This document shows positions 51,261-64,000 of a DNA stretch of 64,000 nt, piece by piece (the stretch's first letter is position 1; every line of letters starts with the position of its first letter). Both the position numbers and the translations under genes were made by a program. The stretch is from Schmidtea polychroa (Eukaryota): assembly GCA_044892525.1 (NCBI GenBank), contig CM097887.1, positions 105,812,397-105,876,396 of the forward strand. Direction: 5' to 3'. The notes under the pieces were generated by a model, which saw nothing but the letters and a program-made list of their open reading frames with translations, did not search any database and had not been told where the DNA came from.

Positions 51261-54200
51261 TCATTATTAAAAGATTAAAATTGCTTTTTATTCTGGCTTT
51301 TATTGAAGATAAAAATGCTCAATCGTTTTTGAAATTAATAATGAAAATTATTTAATTGATCTTCGGAACATTCCTAACTCACTTAATGTACAATCTAATG
51401 AATCTCGATACCTGTATCAAAACCACTAGTTTTATATATTCAAATAGAACTGAAAGAGTTGTAGTTACTGTAGAGATTAAGTTACTGTTACCGGAAAATG
51501 CATGCAAGCATCTTTCAAATTTCTCTATAAATTTTACACGATGAATTTAAACTGCAAAGACGAAAACTTTGACTGCAAAGAAACTCAAATGAAATGTATA
51601 AACAGCAGCTAGTGCTTATTTTCATTTCTTTAACATTTCTCAAGCTGGACCACCATCATTTATTTTATCATTCGGACTTTCATTATCTGTTTCTCACAAC
51701 CATAACACATTGTAATTATAAAAAAAGAGGAAGATCAGAGTGGTAATTAATTAAATTAGTTGCCTTTTAAATAAGATTCGCCTATATAAAAACTGGAAAA
51801 TATTTTGTGCTAATCGAATGAAAAATAAGCGCAAAATGTTGACAAAATACGAAGTAAAGAGATCCTGAAGTTATAGTATTATTTTTAACCTGATAAAAAT
51901 AAATTTATTCTCATTTAGGGAGCAGTTATCCTTTAAAAGTTATTATCGAGAAACAATTGAGATCTTATAAATAAGACTTTATTGTGTTGGATAACGATTA
52001 TTATTTTTTCCTATTGAAAATTTTAAAGGAAGAGCTACAATTCAAAAAAAAATATTACATTTACGAATTTAGGCAGTAATATATTGCGTGGGGAAGTCCG
52101 AATTGTGATTACGCTGACTAATAATGTTTCGCTTAACGAGTGTAAATACATATCATTAACAAAATCTTCAAATCGATTTACTATTAAATCAAGATTTATC
52201 TTTGAATTTTGACCCCTGTATTGCATAATAGAATAAGAATGTTTAAAAATGCTTTTTTGAATTTGTTTGCAATTTGATAAATTTATCGAAGTTAGTATCA
52301 TGATAATATGTATTTTAAGAACTGGCAGCACCACCCTTTCCCCACCCACATTATTTCCCCCCGTAAATCATAACCTGAATATTTTATTGTCTCTAATTAA
52401 TCAGATGAGAGGATTTGGCTTGTCTTTGTAATATTTTGGCAAACATTTAGAAAATAAGGCATAATACACAGTATAAATTATTTAAGGATTTCAGTTTATA
52501 AAGTGTTATTATTTCTCTTCGAAACCAGAGTAAGAGTAAATGTATACTAAATCCTTGATAAATTCCTACAGAATTAAAGAATATCTGACTGGTTCTTCAC
52601 GTGACGAGTAAAAATAATGTTCTATTAAATTCTATTTTACTCCAAAAATTTGTTTGTTAACGAAATAAACTGGATAAAAGCAATATGATATAAAAATAAA
52701 TTGACACTTAATAATTATTAAACCTTTACTTATTTGATAAAGAATTTCAAAACGATCTTGGTGTTATTATATTAGAATATAAAATAGTTTATTAAATCGC
52801 TAATGCAACTTAATTTATTTCATTTTTTATGAAACTCTTTTAAAATTACTCCAAACTATATAATAATGAGAAAAAATGTCTAACCTGGATTAGATAATTT
52901 TCTATTAACTACTCTGAATGATAAAAATAACATAACAAATTATGAAATCAATATTACTGTCTAACAGAGCTACTTTCCAAATTAGAACTAGCATGCTTGG
53001 CCTTTGGATGTATTCTCGGATTTGGTTTATTCAATAAATTAGACTTAATTGGTGGTCCCGGAATCATTCATCTAATTTGAAAAATGAATTATTCAATCAA
53101 AATTGCTGGAATTATTATTAAAATTTAAATTGGTTGCCTAAACTTATAGAATATTATCCGTTTAAAAGGGATATTTAATAAAGAAAGTTAAATAAAATTA
53201 AGTAAAATTTATTGTCTCAAATTGACCAAATTTATCACAGTTATTAAAACACCGTTTCCTAGTAACTTTTCAAAATTTACAATAATTAGCAAATTTAATT
53301 TACAATAAGATTATTGAATGTTATCCATATAAATTAATAATAAATGCTCTAAATAATTTAAAGATATTTTTTATTTAGGATAAATATAATAATTAAGTTT
53401 TAAAATATTTTCTAAAAAAGTCAATTCGCTTAAAAAATTAAAAGATTTTATACAATAAATTAGACTTTCGAATGTACCGTTAGTATAATTCGTGTCAATA
53501 TATAAATTGCCCAAATGTTTTTGTTCTGTGTCCTCAAATATTTTTGTTCCAATGGCTTTTAATAATCTTGACTTGAAAATATTCAAATAATTTTAATTTC
53601 TTCAATCATTATATCCATAGTTGCCGCTATAAAGAACTATGTTGGTAATAAATAGCGCGAATAAGAATAAATTGGCAATTGCGCCAGTTTACATACTTCG
53701 GTCTTCTTGGTTAATGGCGAAATCCTATTCAGTAGCTATCGCCATAGGTCTAATTTCAATAGATGCAATCGCAATTCCATACACGTAACAACCAAAACAC
53801 AACCGTCACAAGTGACGTTAGTACTGTGAACCTGAGTGGAAGTTCGGAAAAAGTGAGAAGCACCAGGGTCTGCTAAGTTTTGAAAACTTTCTGAGTCCAA
53901 GGTGTCGATAAAATACTAATTGATCATAGCTAATGTGGTCCCTTTTCATCCTTTACAGGCCACTCTCTCCTCTTAATTTTTTATCTACAATAATAGATGT
54001 TGCATACATTCAAGAAACTAGAATATCTTAATTTTTATTTAGAATGTATAAATATATACGTAAAAGTGTTGAGATAGTCGGTGAAATTAAATATTACCAA
54101 TTATTGATCTTTCTCTCAAGGTGCCTTGTTTAACTCCAGACAATATAAACTTTTTTTGATTAATATAATTGATTATCAATTTTCAGCGACATCGCAGTCA

Positions 54201-54854
54201 AATAATGAAAAGACAATTCATGAAAAGAAAAAATTTATTTGATATCACATAAAATACTTGTTTATATTCCAATACCTTACCCTTGATATTTCGACCGACT
54301 CATTCGGATTGAAAATTAATCTAGAATTTATGAAAAAATTAAATTTTGTCCCTAAAACTATTTAATCAAGAAAATCAAATTAAAAATTCATAAAACTTTC
54401 AAAAAACGAAAATTCCATGAGTTATTTTGATTTTTGAAAGGTTGAGGTTTAATAAACTAATAAAAATGATTTTTTAGAATCTTTAGAATTATCTGACAAA
54501 ATTTTTCTCTCTTCATATACATGTTCAAACTTGGAATTAAATTAGGTTTTCTCAAAAATGCAAATTTGGTTATTTAATTTTATTAGGATAAAAAATCGCT
54601 CGATATAGAATGTATGTTATGCAGAAATAATTGGTGTAATAAAGTATGTTTGGATTCATGCAAAAGTAGTATATAAAAGTTTGGTTCAGAATAAAATATA
54701 GTTCGTTACATCTTCAATAATTTAAAGGACAAATTAATTATTTTGGAATTTGAATTTGAATTTTAATTAATATATCTTAAAATACCTATTGCCAAGATAA
54801 AAATAAAATTATTTCTTAGTTCGTCAGAAAAATCAAAGATTTCATCAGTTAATA

Positions 54855-55304
54855 TGTTGGGTTTTTGCTAATTCAAGTCGGTAACCTTTGATTCCTCGTG
54901 TCCCTTTAATAAAAACAATTAACTACCCAACGTATATTTGAATCACAAAAATATATATTTCTCTCAACTATAAATAATCAATAACCAAAGTTCAAGTTTG
55001 ACCGATTCTCCGCTCGGTGTTGATGCTTTGACAAAAGATAATATTCACCTTTTTATTTCTTAGCTTCTCTTGACCAACGTTTTCCTTTTCAATTTGATTT
55101 TATTCCTTTCCAATTTTTCGTATCTCCTATTCTATATTTTCTTTTTCCCTAATCTCCTTAATTCGCCTTTATCGTTTGCCTATTCTCGTTTCTTCTAACC
55201 CTAGCTGAGGAAAAATGCCCCTTATTTTGAATTTCGACTTTGCTTTTATACTGGAATAATGACTTTGATTAATCGGTTTTTGACCTGATTGCTCATATCT
55301 GACA
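54855..55304. mobile_element. LTR-like dispersed repeat copy B (inverted relative to 17040-17544)
   Basis: TGTTGGG...CTGACA; long colinear identity with copy A but without the expanded 14-mer array. Confidence 0.6.
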
Positions 55305-56664
55305 ATGGTTGTCCCGTTTTCCCAATTCAATTTCGATAACTTTACAATTTATTGATTTTTCTCGGATTTCCGGATTCTTGCCTTTCGCAACTGCTTTTGC
55401 CATTTTCTAATACTGTTTCCATCATACTTTTCTTTACTATCAATTATGTGTATGATCACGCTTTTATTTGTCTTTTTCCTTTAACCTATATTTTATTTAA
55501 ATTTTCCACCAACATTTTATTTAAATTTATATTTATTTGCTGACCTCAACAAATATATTGACAAAAAATTGATTAGCGTCATGTTAGAAAATAAATTTAT
55601 GTAATAAAAGAGAAAGATATTTTGTACAAAATTTTATTACAAATAATCTAAACCTTTCAAACAAGTATTATATTATATTTTTTACAACCATTCTTGTGAA
55701 ATGAATAAAAACACAAAACTCACAACATCACATTACACTGTTTACATACAAATACAGTTCTTTTTGGATATTTCACAGTACTTCAAAAGACACATAGACG
55801 ATAAGTTCCCTTTCCAATATAATCCTAGACTTCTTCATTGCAACGCAAACTTCACGCAGTTAGAAAAATAAATTAACCAAAGAGCGTTCTCTACAAAGTT
55901 ATTATTATTGGAAAACAACTGTTTGGTAAACAAATATTTTTGGAATCAAGTTATTTCGGGGACAATTGCTTCGATAATTCCTGATTAGTTACGGTAATTA
56001 ATTAGCACCTTTAGTTTAACCAGTGTTTTGAGTATCAGTAAACAATTTTTGTTACTGTTTCACTTGGGGTAAATTCTTACACCAAACCAGGATTATTTAG
56101 AAGGAAGTATTGACCAACTCTCGGGAAACTAACCTCCTCTTTTACTGTAAACTTTTGTCGGCCTGTTGGTGCACATTAGGACCAGCCTTAACTCTTAGTA
56201 TAACTTCTTCAGTGCGGTTTGAATAACCCATTAGCTTTCCTTCAGGTGCAACCAAGTATGTTGTACAATTTTGTAGTTTTTTTTTGTAAGTATTTGAACT
56301 ACTAATAAAGCTTTTAATAAAACCATATTGTTATTTACAAATAACCTTACACGCCTTGATTAAATTAATTCGAGTTAGAACTTTAACTGTGTTAGTCGTT
56401 TTCAAATCGAACGAACCTAACATTTGGATAGCTCTGCCTAAAGTGTTACATACTATACTTTGTTTTAATTAATGTTTTATTGTTTATTTTCATGGGTTAT
56501 TACTGTTAAAGTCGGTACTGATTCTGTACTCTTTGTTTCAGTTATCAAGATAAGACGCAACACAAAACACTTTATTAAATGTCAAAAAATTTTGATACAA
56601 AGTTCTCGATTACACTCTTTTAGTTTTGCACTCTTTAATAACTATTGAAGGCAGGTGACCTTAA

Positions 56665-57159
56665 CCCTTTGACCACTGTCGAGACATATGTCCCAGTCAA
56701 ATTAAAAAAATATATAGATGCCTTATTCTCTGTGCTATTACAACCAACGGTTGCCCCACTCGTGTTTATAGTATTTTCGACTAGTTTCGTCTATACTCGT
56801 TAATATACGTTCTGTCGGCTAGCAAACGTAACATTTTATTACATTTGTTATCACAGTTTACAGAATGTGCTTTGTGAAATAGTGGTTATAATACCTACAT
56901 TATTGTTTATTTTGGGAAGTCTTTATATCAAAAGGTAAGCACATTTATTTTTTTGTGTATATGTTTATATTCTTTATATAAAACTGCATGCAATAATAGT
57001 TTTTACCTTACATTTAGTTAGTGGGACATATATGTCCCGCACTCAATTTCAAATTTGCAGCATTAGAAAAATTTGAAATCAACATAACACGTTTTAAACA
57101 AGCTGATTTCTATAGTTAAAGTTACAGAAATTTCATTTTTAAAATTCGTCGTCAAAGGA
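56665..57159. mobile_element. piggyBac-type MITE (~495 bp)
   Basis: TTAA|CCCTTTGACCAC ... GTCGTCAAAGGA|TTAA; internal GGGACATATATGTCCC palindrome. Confidence 0.7.
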
Positions 57160-60100
57160 TTAATGGGAGTTTTATCTTTTTAAAATTTGAGTTATCCAAG
57201 CTTCTTGCTGTTTAATCATGGTAAAGTACTTTCTCTTTTCGACCATCTATATTTGTTCAGCATTGTTGTTTACTTGATTATTGTTACTCTCCCCACTTAC
57301 TCGCACAATTAAGTCAACATTGACCAAAATTTCGAAAAACAAAATAATTGAACAGGCGCCCTCTCGTCGTTGTTCGCAGATCTCGTTTTGCTAATTTAAT
57401 AATTTTGAAAGGAAGTCTAATTAAAATATGTACTTGTTTACGGCTCAGGTTTCCGACATGTATAGGGTTTTCTAAATGGCTCGTTACTTTATTTATAAAA
57501 ATAATCCTTTCAAGTCTCGTAGGACAATATTTTCTAGCCAAATTACCTAAAATAAATAATCAGACATTAAATGGTTTTAATATATTCAAGTAATTATAAA
57601 CGATTTAATTTTCAAAATTTTTAATGAACAAAAAATTAAGTTGTAAATAAATAAATTTTCATATGAAATTGCTAAAAATATACATAGAAGTTTACCCCTG
57701 AAGCTTTCAATATTTATCACTTAAAATTCATTATGTATCACTTTACAAATAATGCTTAATTTGTTTTTTCAAATCATAAACAACAAATTCATGTTTTAGC
57801 ACAATTCAAATTTTCATAACGTTATTAGCAACGATTTACTACTTCATTTCATATTGTTGGATTAAATTTAATAAAATGGGAACAAGTTCAAGTTTATTAG
57901 GAAAAAAGTAAGTTAAATAATTTATTATATTTTAATGAAGAAGCCATACAATTTAATTAAGCTTTGATATTGCCACAGTGAGTGACATGGATTGTGAATT
58001 GGTTGAATGGTTTCCTTGATTTATAAATGGAATATTTTTTTAATAACAATAATTTTCAATGAAATTAATTATCAGTAATTATTATGTATTCGATATCTTT
58101 CTTATTTATTATGAAATGACTAGCAGCATAAATTTGAGGGAATATAATAAAAGTTTAAATAAATTCGCTATCTATTCATTGAAATAACACGTAAGATGCA
58201 TCATGAGGAAGAGTGAAACTATTTTGTAATCTAGTTACATATTAAATAGTATCTTTTTCGCGAAACAGCTCAGTATTTTGAATTACTTTCCTATGAGATG
58301 TCTTGCAAAATTTGAAAAGTTTCAGTTAAAAAGCCAGTTTTCCGTTTTTATATAAACGATATTACCGTTTCACATTTAACATCATTTATATAACATGTGT
58401 GAAATTTAATTGAGGATTCAATATGTGAATCAAAACATCAAAGTCGAACTCAAAGATAAACGGGTAACACAAACAGAACTTAGTAAATGATGCGTATAAA
58501 CTTTTAATATGTATAAATGTTACACAGAATAATCTAGTTAGCAAAAAAATGGAAGATATCATTTTAGAATTTAAATCCTAAGATTATAATGAATTAAATT
58601 TTACAACTCTATAATGACCAGGGCTATTTTCATTTTGGAAGGTTATTTGAAATACCCAAATGTTAATTTAGTTCTGTAATTTACATATTTGAGATTAACT
58701 GAAAAAGACAACATTAATCCTTTCACCACGGAAGACGCCACCTGATATCATCAATTTTTGAATTTTATTTGTTTCAATGATTTATATGTTAAACACGTTT
58801 TATTAAAGATTTATTAAAAACAGTGCCACGCATATCGGTTATTCCATGCTGACTTGATTATTACACGCGTATCAAATAGTAATTTAATTGCAAATATATA
58901 AAATATAAAATACAGCCAACTTTCATGAGTATATAATGTCGCAGTTTAAGAACTTGATAAAATCAAATTTTTTAAAATCTTTAGCAACCCTTAGAGTCGA
59001 CTTAGTGTGTTTAATAAGTAGTGTTGCCGTTATCTTTTTAAGGATTTATAAAATCTAGTAACTTGTACCTGTTTCATAAGTAAGTACGAGATTCACTGAT
59101 ATTTTTGAGTATTTTTAAAAAGAAATCGTTGAAAATATATCCCATTATTTATTTTCATTCTATCTCCAGGATTTTAAATCTACATTTTGCTATTATTTTG
59201 CTATCCATTTCATTTGATTATTTTCTGGGATTTTAATTATAAAGTTCTTGTTAACGGATGACTGTGTAGCGAGCATTCTGATGACACTCAACATCAGAAA
59301 TTTTAAGATTTGGCAATTCGCTTATGATAACATATTGAAATGGTAAAACTTAAATGAATTTCCAATGTCATTTTAAAAATCAGTTTCCTTTAAAAAAACT
59401 ATATATGGGCAGATGGGTTTAGTAAGTTGGGGTATCTAAATTGTTTGAAATGTCTGTACGTGTATGTTTGCGAGAAAAAAAACATTCATTCATTCGTACC
59501 GACTATGTCATTTAATATTTTTGTTCTACGAAACCATCTATTTTCCTTTCTAGAATCAAAAATAACTAAATGTAAAATGAAGTGAAAAGTATTAGCTATT
59601 ATTTTACATTCCTTTATAATTTTCAAGTTTCCCTAAGGTAATAATTCCCCGTGCCATAACTTAACTTCAACATTTTAATATATCTCACCTAACTAAAACT
59701 TTTTTACAAATCTTCAAAATGAATATTATAAAATCGGTTTACTGCCAATTGTGTCATTCAATTATTTCATCAAAAGAAAATAGTGACCGGGTAATTATTA
59801 TCATTTTCTAGAAAAATACGTCTAGGAAAACAATGACATTTCGATTCAACAATCTCTGTATATAATTAAGCGGAACTTTAAATGACAAGCAACATTTAGG
59901 TTGACATTATTTGTGAATTCAGTGGTTTTGAAGTTGGAATTGTTTTTTGCAGTTAGAAATTTAGTGTATATATATATATTATTAATTAATTAAAATGATA
60001 ATGTCTGCATCACTACACTTTAAAAAAATCAACTTTTTGAGATGTTTTACTTTTGCATCCTTTTTAACCTTTAACCTTTTTTGGTTTCTTCTTATCAAAG

Positions 60101-61059
60101 TTATTAAATTTATCACTATGAACCTTTGGTTTTAAATATAATTTATTTAGTTATAATTTTTATTCTCTTCTTCATGGGGTTATCAGGAAGTCTTGTCCAC
60201 TGTCTTAATCTAACAATATAAGTGAATGAATTTCATTTTTGAATACATCCATATCGACATCATCATTCTAAATCTCTCGTAAAATTTCATTTATATAATC
60301 GTGTTATAATAACAATTTGACCATTTTTGAACATAAGAAATATCAGAACACATGTAAATCATGTTTAAGCTTTAAGATTCCAAAATAATTTAACACCAAG
60401 ATAAAGTTACTGATGAAATTGAGCTTGGTAAATTTTTGGAATTTATTGTTAAAATGATGCTAAGTATATATTTGTTTGCTGGGGTTTGATGAGATAGGCA
60501 CAAAAAACAATGTTGAAATCAATAAAAACATCAAATCCACAATAATAATTAAAAGTACAAAAATAATAATTAAAAAATAAAAAAAATAAAAATGAATATT
60601 TCTCGGTGAAACTTGTATGGGCATATGCCGAAAAATGAAACGAGTTCAAATATAATTAAAATAAAGTTAATAGGGTCCCTAGAAAAAAATAATTACAAAA
60701 TACTAAAATTAATTAAAAAGTTAATTAGCTAATAAAAAACCAGAGCTAATGCGAAACCCGAGTCAATTGAAAACCCAAGCAGTATGAGAGGACCCGAGTG
60801 ATCAATCTAATTACGTAGAGGCAATCGAATTAGCCAACGAAGAATTAAATTGTGTCGTCTGTCAAACAATAAATAAATTGCCAAAACCAATTAGGTCGGC
60901 AAGAGGTAGCCCAGAGGAAACTATCAAAAGTAATTTGATGAGGAGATAATATAATTAAGAGACGGTTATAAAAGCAACCAGCAAGTAAACAAATTTACCA
61001 GTTGGTCGAAGAAAAAAGAATGATATTACAGTGAAAGGAGTAAAAGCGAATTTAGATTT

Positions 61060-62017
61060 AGTACAAAGTTTGTAATTCGACGTATGGCATGATAAAAGTC
61101 CTATTGGAATACAGAAATATTTATTCGGATTTAATGAATGTTGAATTAACTATGAATGATAGTATTTGGAATATTTGTGAAGAATTTGTTGAAGTTTTTG
61201 CACTTGTTAAAAAATTAACACTTAAACTACAAAAAGAACAGATGAATTTAGGTGATTTTTATGGAATCTGACTGAGTTTTAAATTAGAGCTGACAAAAAA
61301 TGACCAAAAAAAAACATTATCCAAAGAATTATATTCGAATATTATTAAAAGAGAAAAAAACTTTATTAATAATCCACTTTTGATTGCAGCAGTTTATTTA
61401 GATAGCAGATTTAGATTAATGCTAAGTCCTGAAGACATTTCCAATGGTAAAAGGCAAATTTTAAAAACAATAAAAAATTTCAAAAATTTACAAATGGAGA
61501 GAGAAGATAATTTTATAAGAACAGAAAATTTTAGTTCTTCTTCAGAAGACGAGGATATTCTTGAACAAGTTTTAAAGAAGAAAGAAAAGTTTTTTCAAAT
61601 TAATTCGGAAAATATAAATTCCACATCTTCCATTGATAGTTTAAAATGAGATGGAAATATGCAAAAATTATCCAAGGCTGGCAAAAGAAAAAAGTATTTT
61701 AGAATATTGGGAGCAACATAAAATACAAACACCTTTATTATAACAGGTGGCCCAAATAATATTTGCAGTTTAGCGAGTTAGCGTAGAGAGGGCTTTTTCA
61801 GCTTTAAAATGAATACTATCACCACAACGAGCAAATCTAACAGAAGAGAACTTAAAAAATATTTTAACTGTTAAATTAAATGAAAAATCTTTAAAAAATA
61901 AATAAAAGATTGTTTTTTTCTAAATTTTGAACCCTGGACCGAACCTGAACCCGAACTTTTTATTTTGATGCACCCGAACCTGAACCTCAACCCAATATTT
62001 CCGGGTTTCAGTCCCTG
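61060..62017 (+). mobile_element. Decayed hAT (Ac/ZBED-type) transposase 3' part with right terminus
   Basis: IWNICEEFVEVFALVKKLTLKLQKEQ, AAVYLDSRFR, LEYWEQ and dimerisation-domain SVERAFSALK; subterminal (A)CCCGAAC repeats ending at CAGTCCCTG. Confidence 0.8.
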
Positions 62018-62639
62018 GTACAAACCAAGTCATTTTGAATCTAGCGTACTATAAAAGTACATCTCCCGTTGAAAGATTTATCCCTGCACAAGATCGAGGT
62101 TGAAATTGAAAAGTTTGCAGAGTAAAAATAATTATTTAAAGTGGTGTAAAATGAAATTGTTTCATTGAAGTGTGTAATAAATAAAGGTGCAATTGTGATA
62201 ATTTCGAATAAATATTACTGTGTTGGGTTGTTCGATTTGCTTTAAAAAAGGACAGCGATGAATCAGACAGTGATACCTACTTGCGCAAAATACCCAACAT
62301 GTTATAAAACGTAATCAGTTCTCGTTTGCGCAGAATTGAGACATTTTGAAAAATTATTAATCAAACAACTTTTCTCTATTTTTAATTCTTTTTGAATTAT
62401 AAATGACTTCTTCATACTTGATCTGTTTTCATTTACAATTTTATTCAACTCCGTGTCATTTAGACTAATATATCAATTTATTTTTCTATTAAATATTGGT
62501 TGATGATATTAAAAATCAAAGATATTTTACTTTTATCGAAATTCATTTTTGAAATTTAATTTTGATCTGTAATTCAAGATACCACATATAGGATTTATTT
62601 TATCACTTCATACAATGGTAAAATGACAAATATCATACG

Positions 62640-63085
62640 TTTGCGTTTACATGACATTTTTATAGGCTCCAGTGTAACAGTTTTCGTTTTAAATATTGCA
62701 AATACTTTTGTTTAAAATTTATAATTTTATTAAGTTTTTGAGAAAATTTGAATTATATATTTGTTAAAACATCAAAGTCTGAACATTTTGGTAATAGTAA
62801 GTATCTTAGGTCATTAAATTCATTTTATTTTTAATTTTTTTTGGTCAGCTAGGAGTTAAAGACCTTGGTAAAATATTATGTGACAAGAGTTATTAAGATA
62901 AAATTAAATAGAAATTTAAATTATAAAATTATAAAAATATTTAATAAGAGAAAAGTTGTGGAATGGAAATATCTAGAAATGACATTATTTATAAGCTCGA
63001 GTGTAACTGTTTTCGTTTTAATTATTGCAAATACTTTTGTTTAAAATTTTATTTAGTTTTTATGAGAATTTGAATTATATAAATG
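62640..63085. repeat. Local degenerate direct duplication (~62645-62760 and ~62980-63085)
   Basis: Shared AGTGTAAC(A/T)GTTTTCGTTTTAA...TTGCAAATACTTTTGTTTAAAATTT. Confidence 0.7.
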
Positions 63086-64000
63086 GTGTAAGATAGAACA
63101 TATTGTATAGTTCAGTTGTGGCGGTATTAATATTAATATATTAGAATTATTTCAAACTAAAATGAAAAATAAAATTGCCAAAAAGATTGTAAATGGATAT
63201 TTCCTTGATTTAAAATGCCAAAATCGAGATACAAAGATGAAAAACTTATAATTTAATGCAATTTCATTTTCAATTAGGTTTTATTGCATTTTTTAATGTG
63301 TAAAATAGAAATTATTTATTTGCGTATTTTATCAGGTCATTTTACTTAAGTATTTTTAATTAATAAATAGGCAATTTAATATTTTTTAACAAAAGGTTTT
63401 ACAAATTATTTATGAAACTATATGAAAACTTGAATTAAGTAAATTATCATAAATAAATAATAAAAGCTTTTGAAAATTAATTTTAAATAATTTTAAATTT
63501 AAATAAAATAAGTTCAAAATTCATTATTTTAAAAATGTTTCCAAATTAATTTATTTGAATGCAATGATTAATTGGGTTATTAGCTTTGCAACGTTTTTTA
63601 TTATTGGAATTTTGCGGTTAGAGAATATTTATTTCTTTGATCAAGTAAGAATCATAGTTAAAGCTTTATTCAGTATAACAATAAAATTTTATTAAAATTT
63701 TTATTATAAAAAATGTTTCCGGTGGAACCGAGTGCAAAAGACTTCACAATCCAACATCATATGATTTGAAAATAAAATTCTGGTCTAAATTTTTTATGAA
63801 ATATGCATAATCATCTTTATTAAATGCTATCAGATATATATTCATGATGAGTCCGGAAATGTCATCACAAATGAATTGGTCAAAATTCCTGATTAAAATT
63901 ATTAAATTGTGTATAATTATTTACAAACCTTATATGAAACACGTTGTTTCATACCTCAAGAAGGATAACTTTATCATTCCCAAGAACAGATGTTTTGTAA

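Overview
Eukaryotic, very AT-rich (roughly a quarter GC by eye), intron-containing animal genomic DNA with three N gaps (15945-16121, 20667-20848, 29025-29169). Short 45-60 nt introns are mixed with kb-scale, transposon-filled introns. IQCB1/NPHP5 implies a ciliated invertebrate (inference; species not identifiable). Host genes assembled by hand from GT-AG exons: SNAP-25 (+, 5' exons not found), a CELF3-6/bruno-3/UNC-75-type RNA-binding protein (-, apparently without RRM1), two identical intronless GT32 DXD glycosyltransferases forming a 1335-bp-arm head-to-head palindrome, IQCB1/NPHP5 (-), a UBX-domain UBXN10-like gene (-, 5' part unresolved) and a PRMT1-like pseudogene fragment. The rest is largely transposon-derived: one apparently intact 3171-bp hAT-superfamily (hATm-like) element inserted in a (TA)n microsatellite, decayed hAT, piggyBac, Tc1, Penelope, Polinton/Maverick PolB and probable LTR remnants, plus several MITEs with clear TIRs/TSDs. 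No rRNA, tRNA or CRISPR array was seen. I cannot demonstrate a wholly new biological system. The best candidates for follow-up are the glycosyltransferase palindrome, the microsatellite-embedded intact transposon and the two-RRM CELF.
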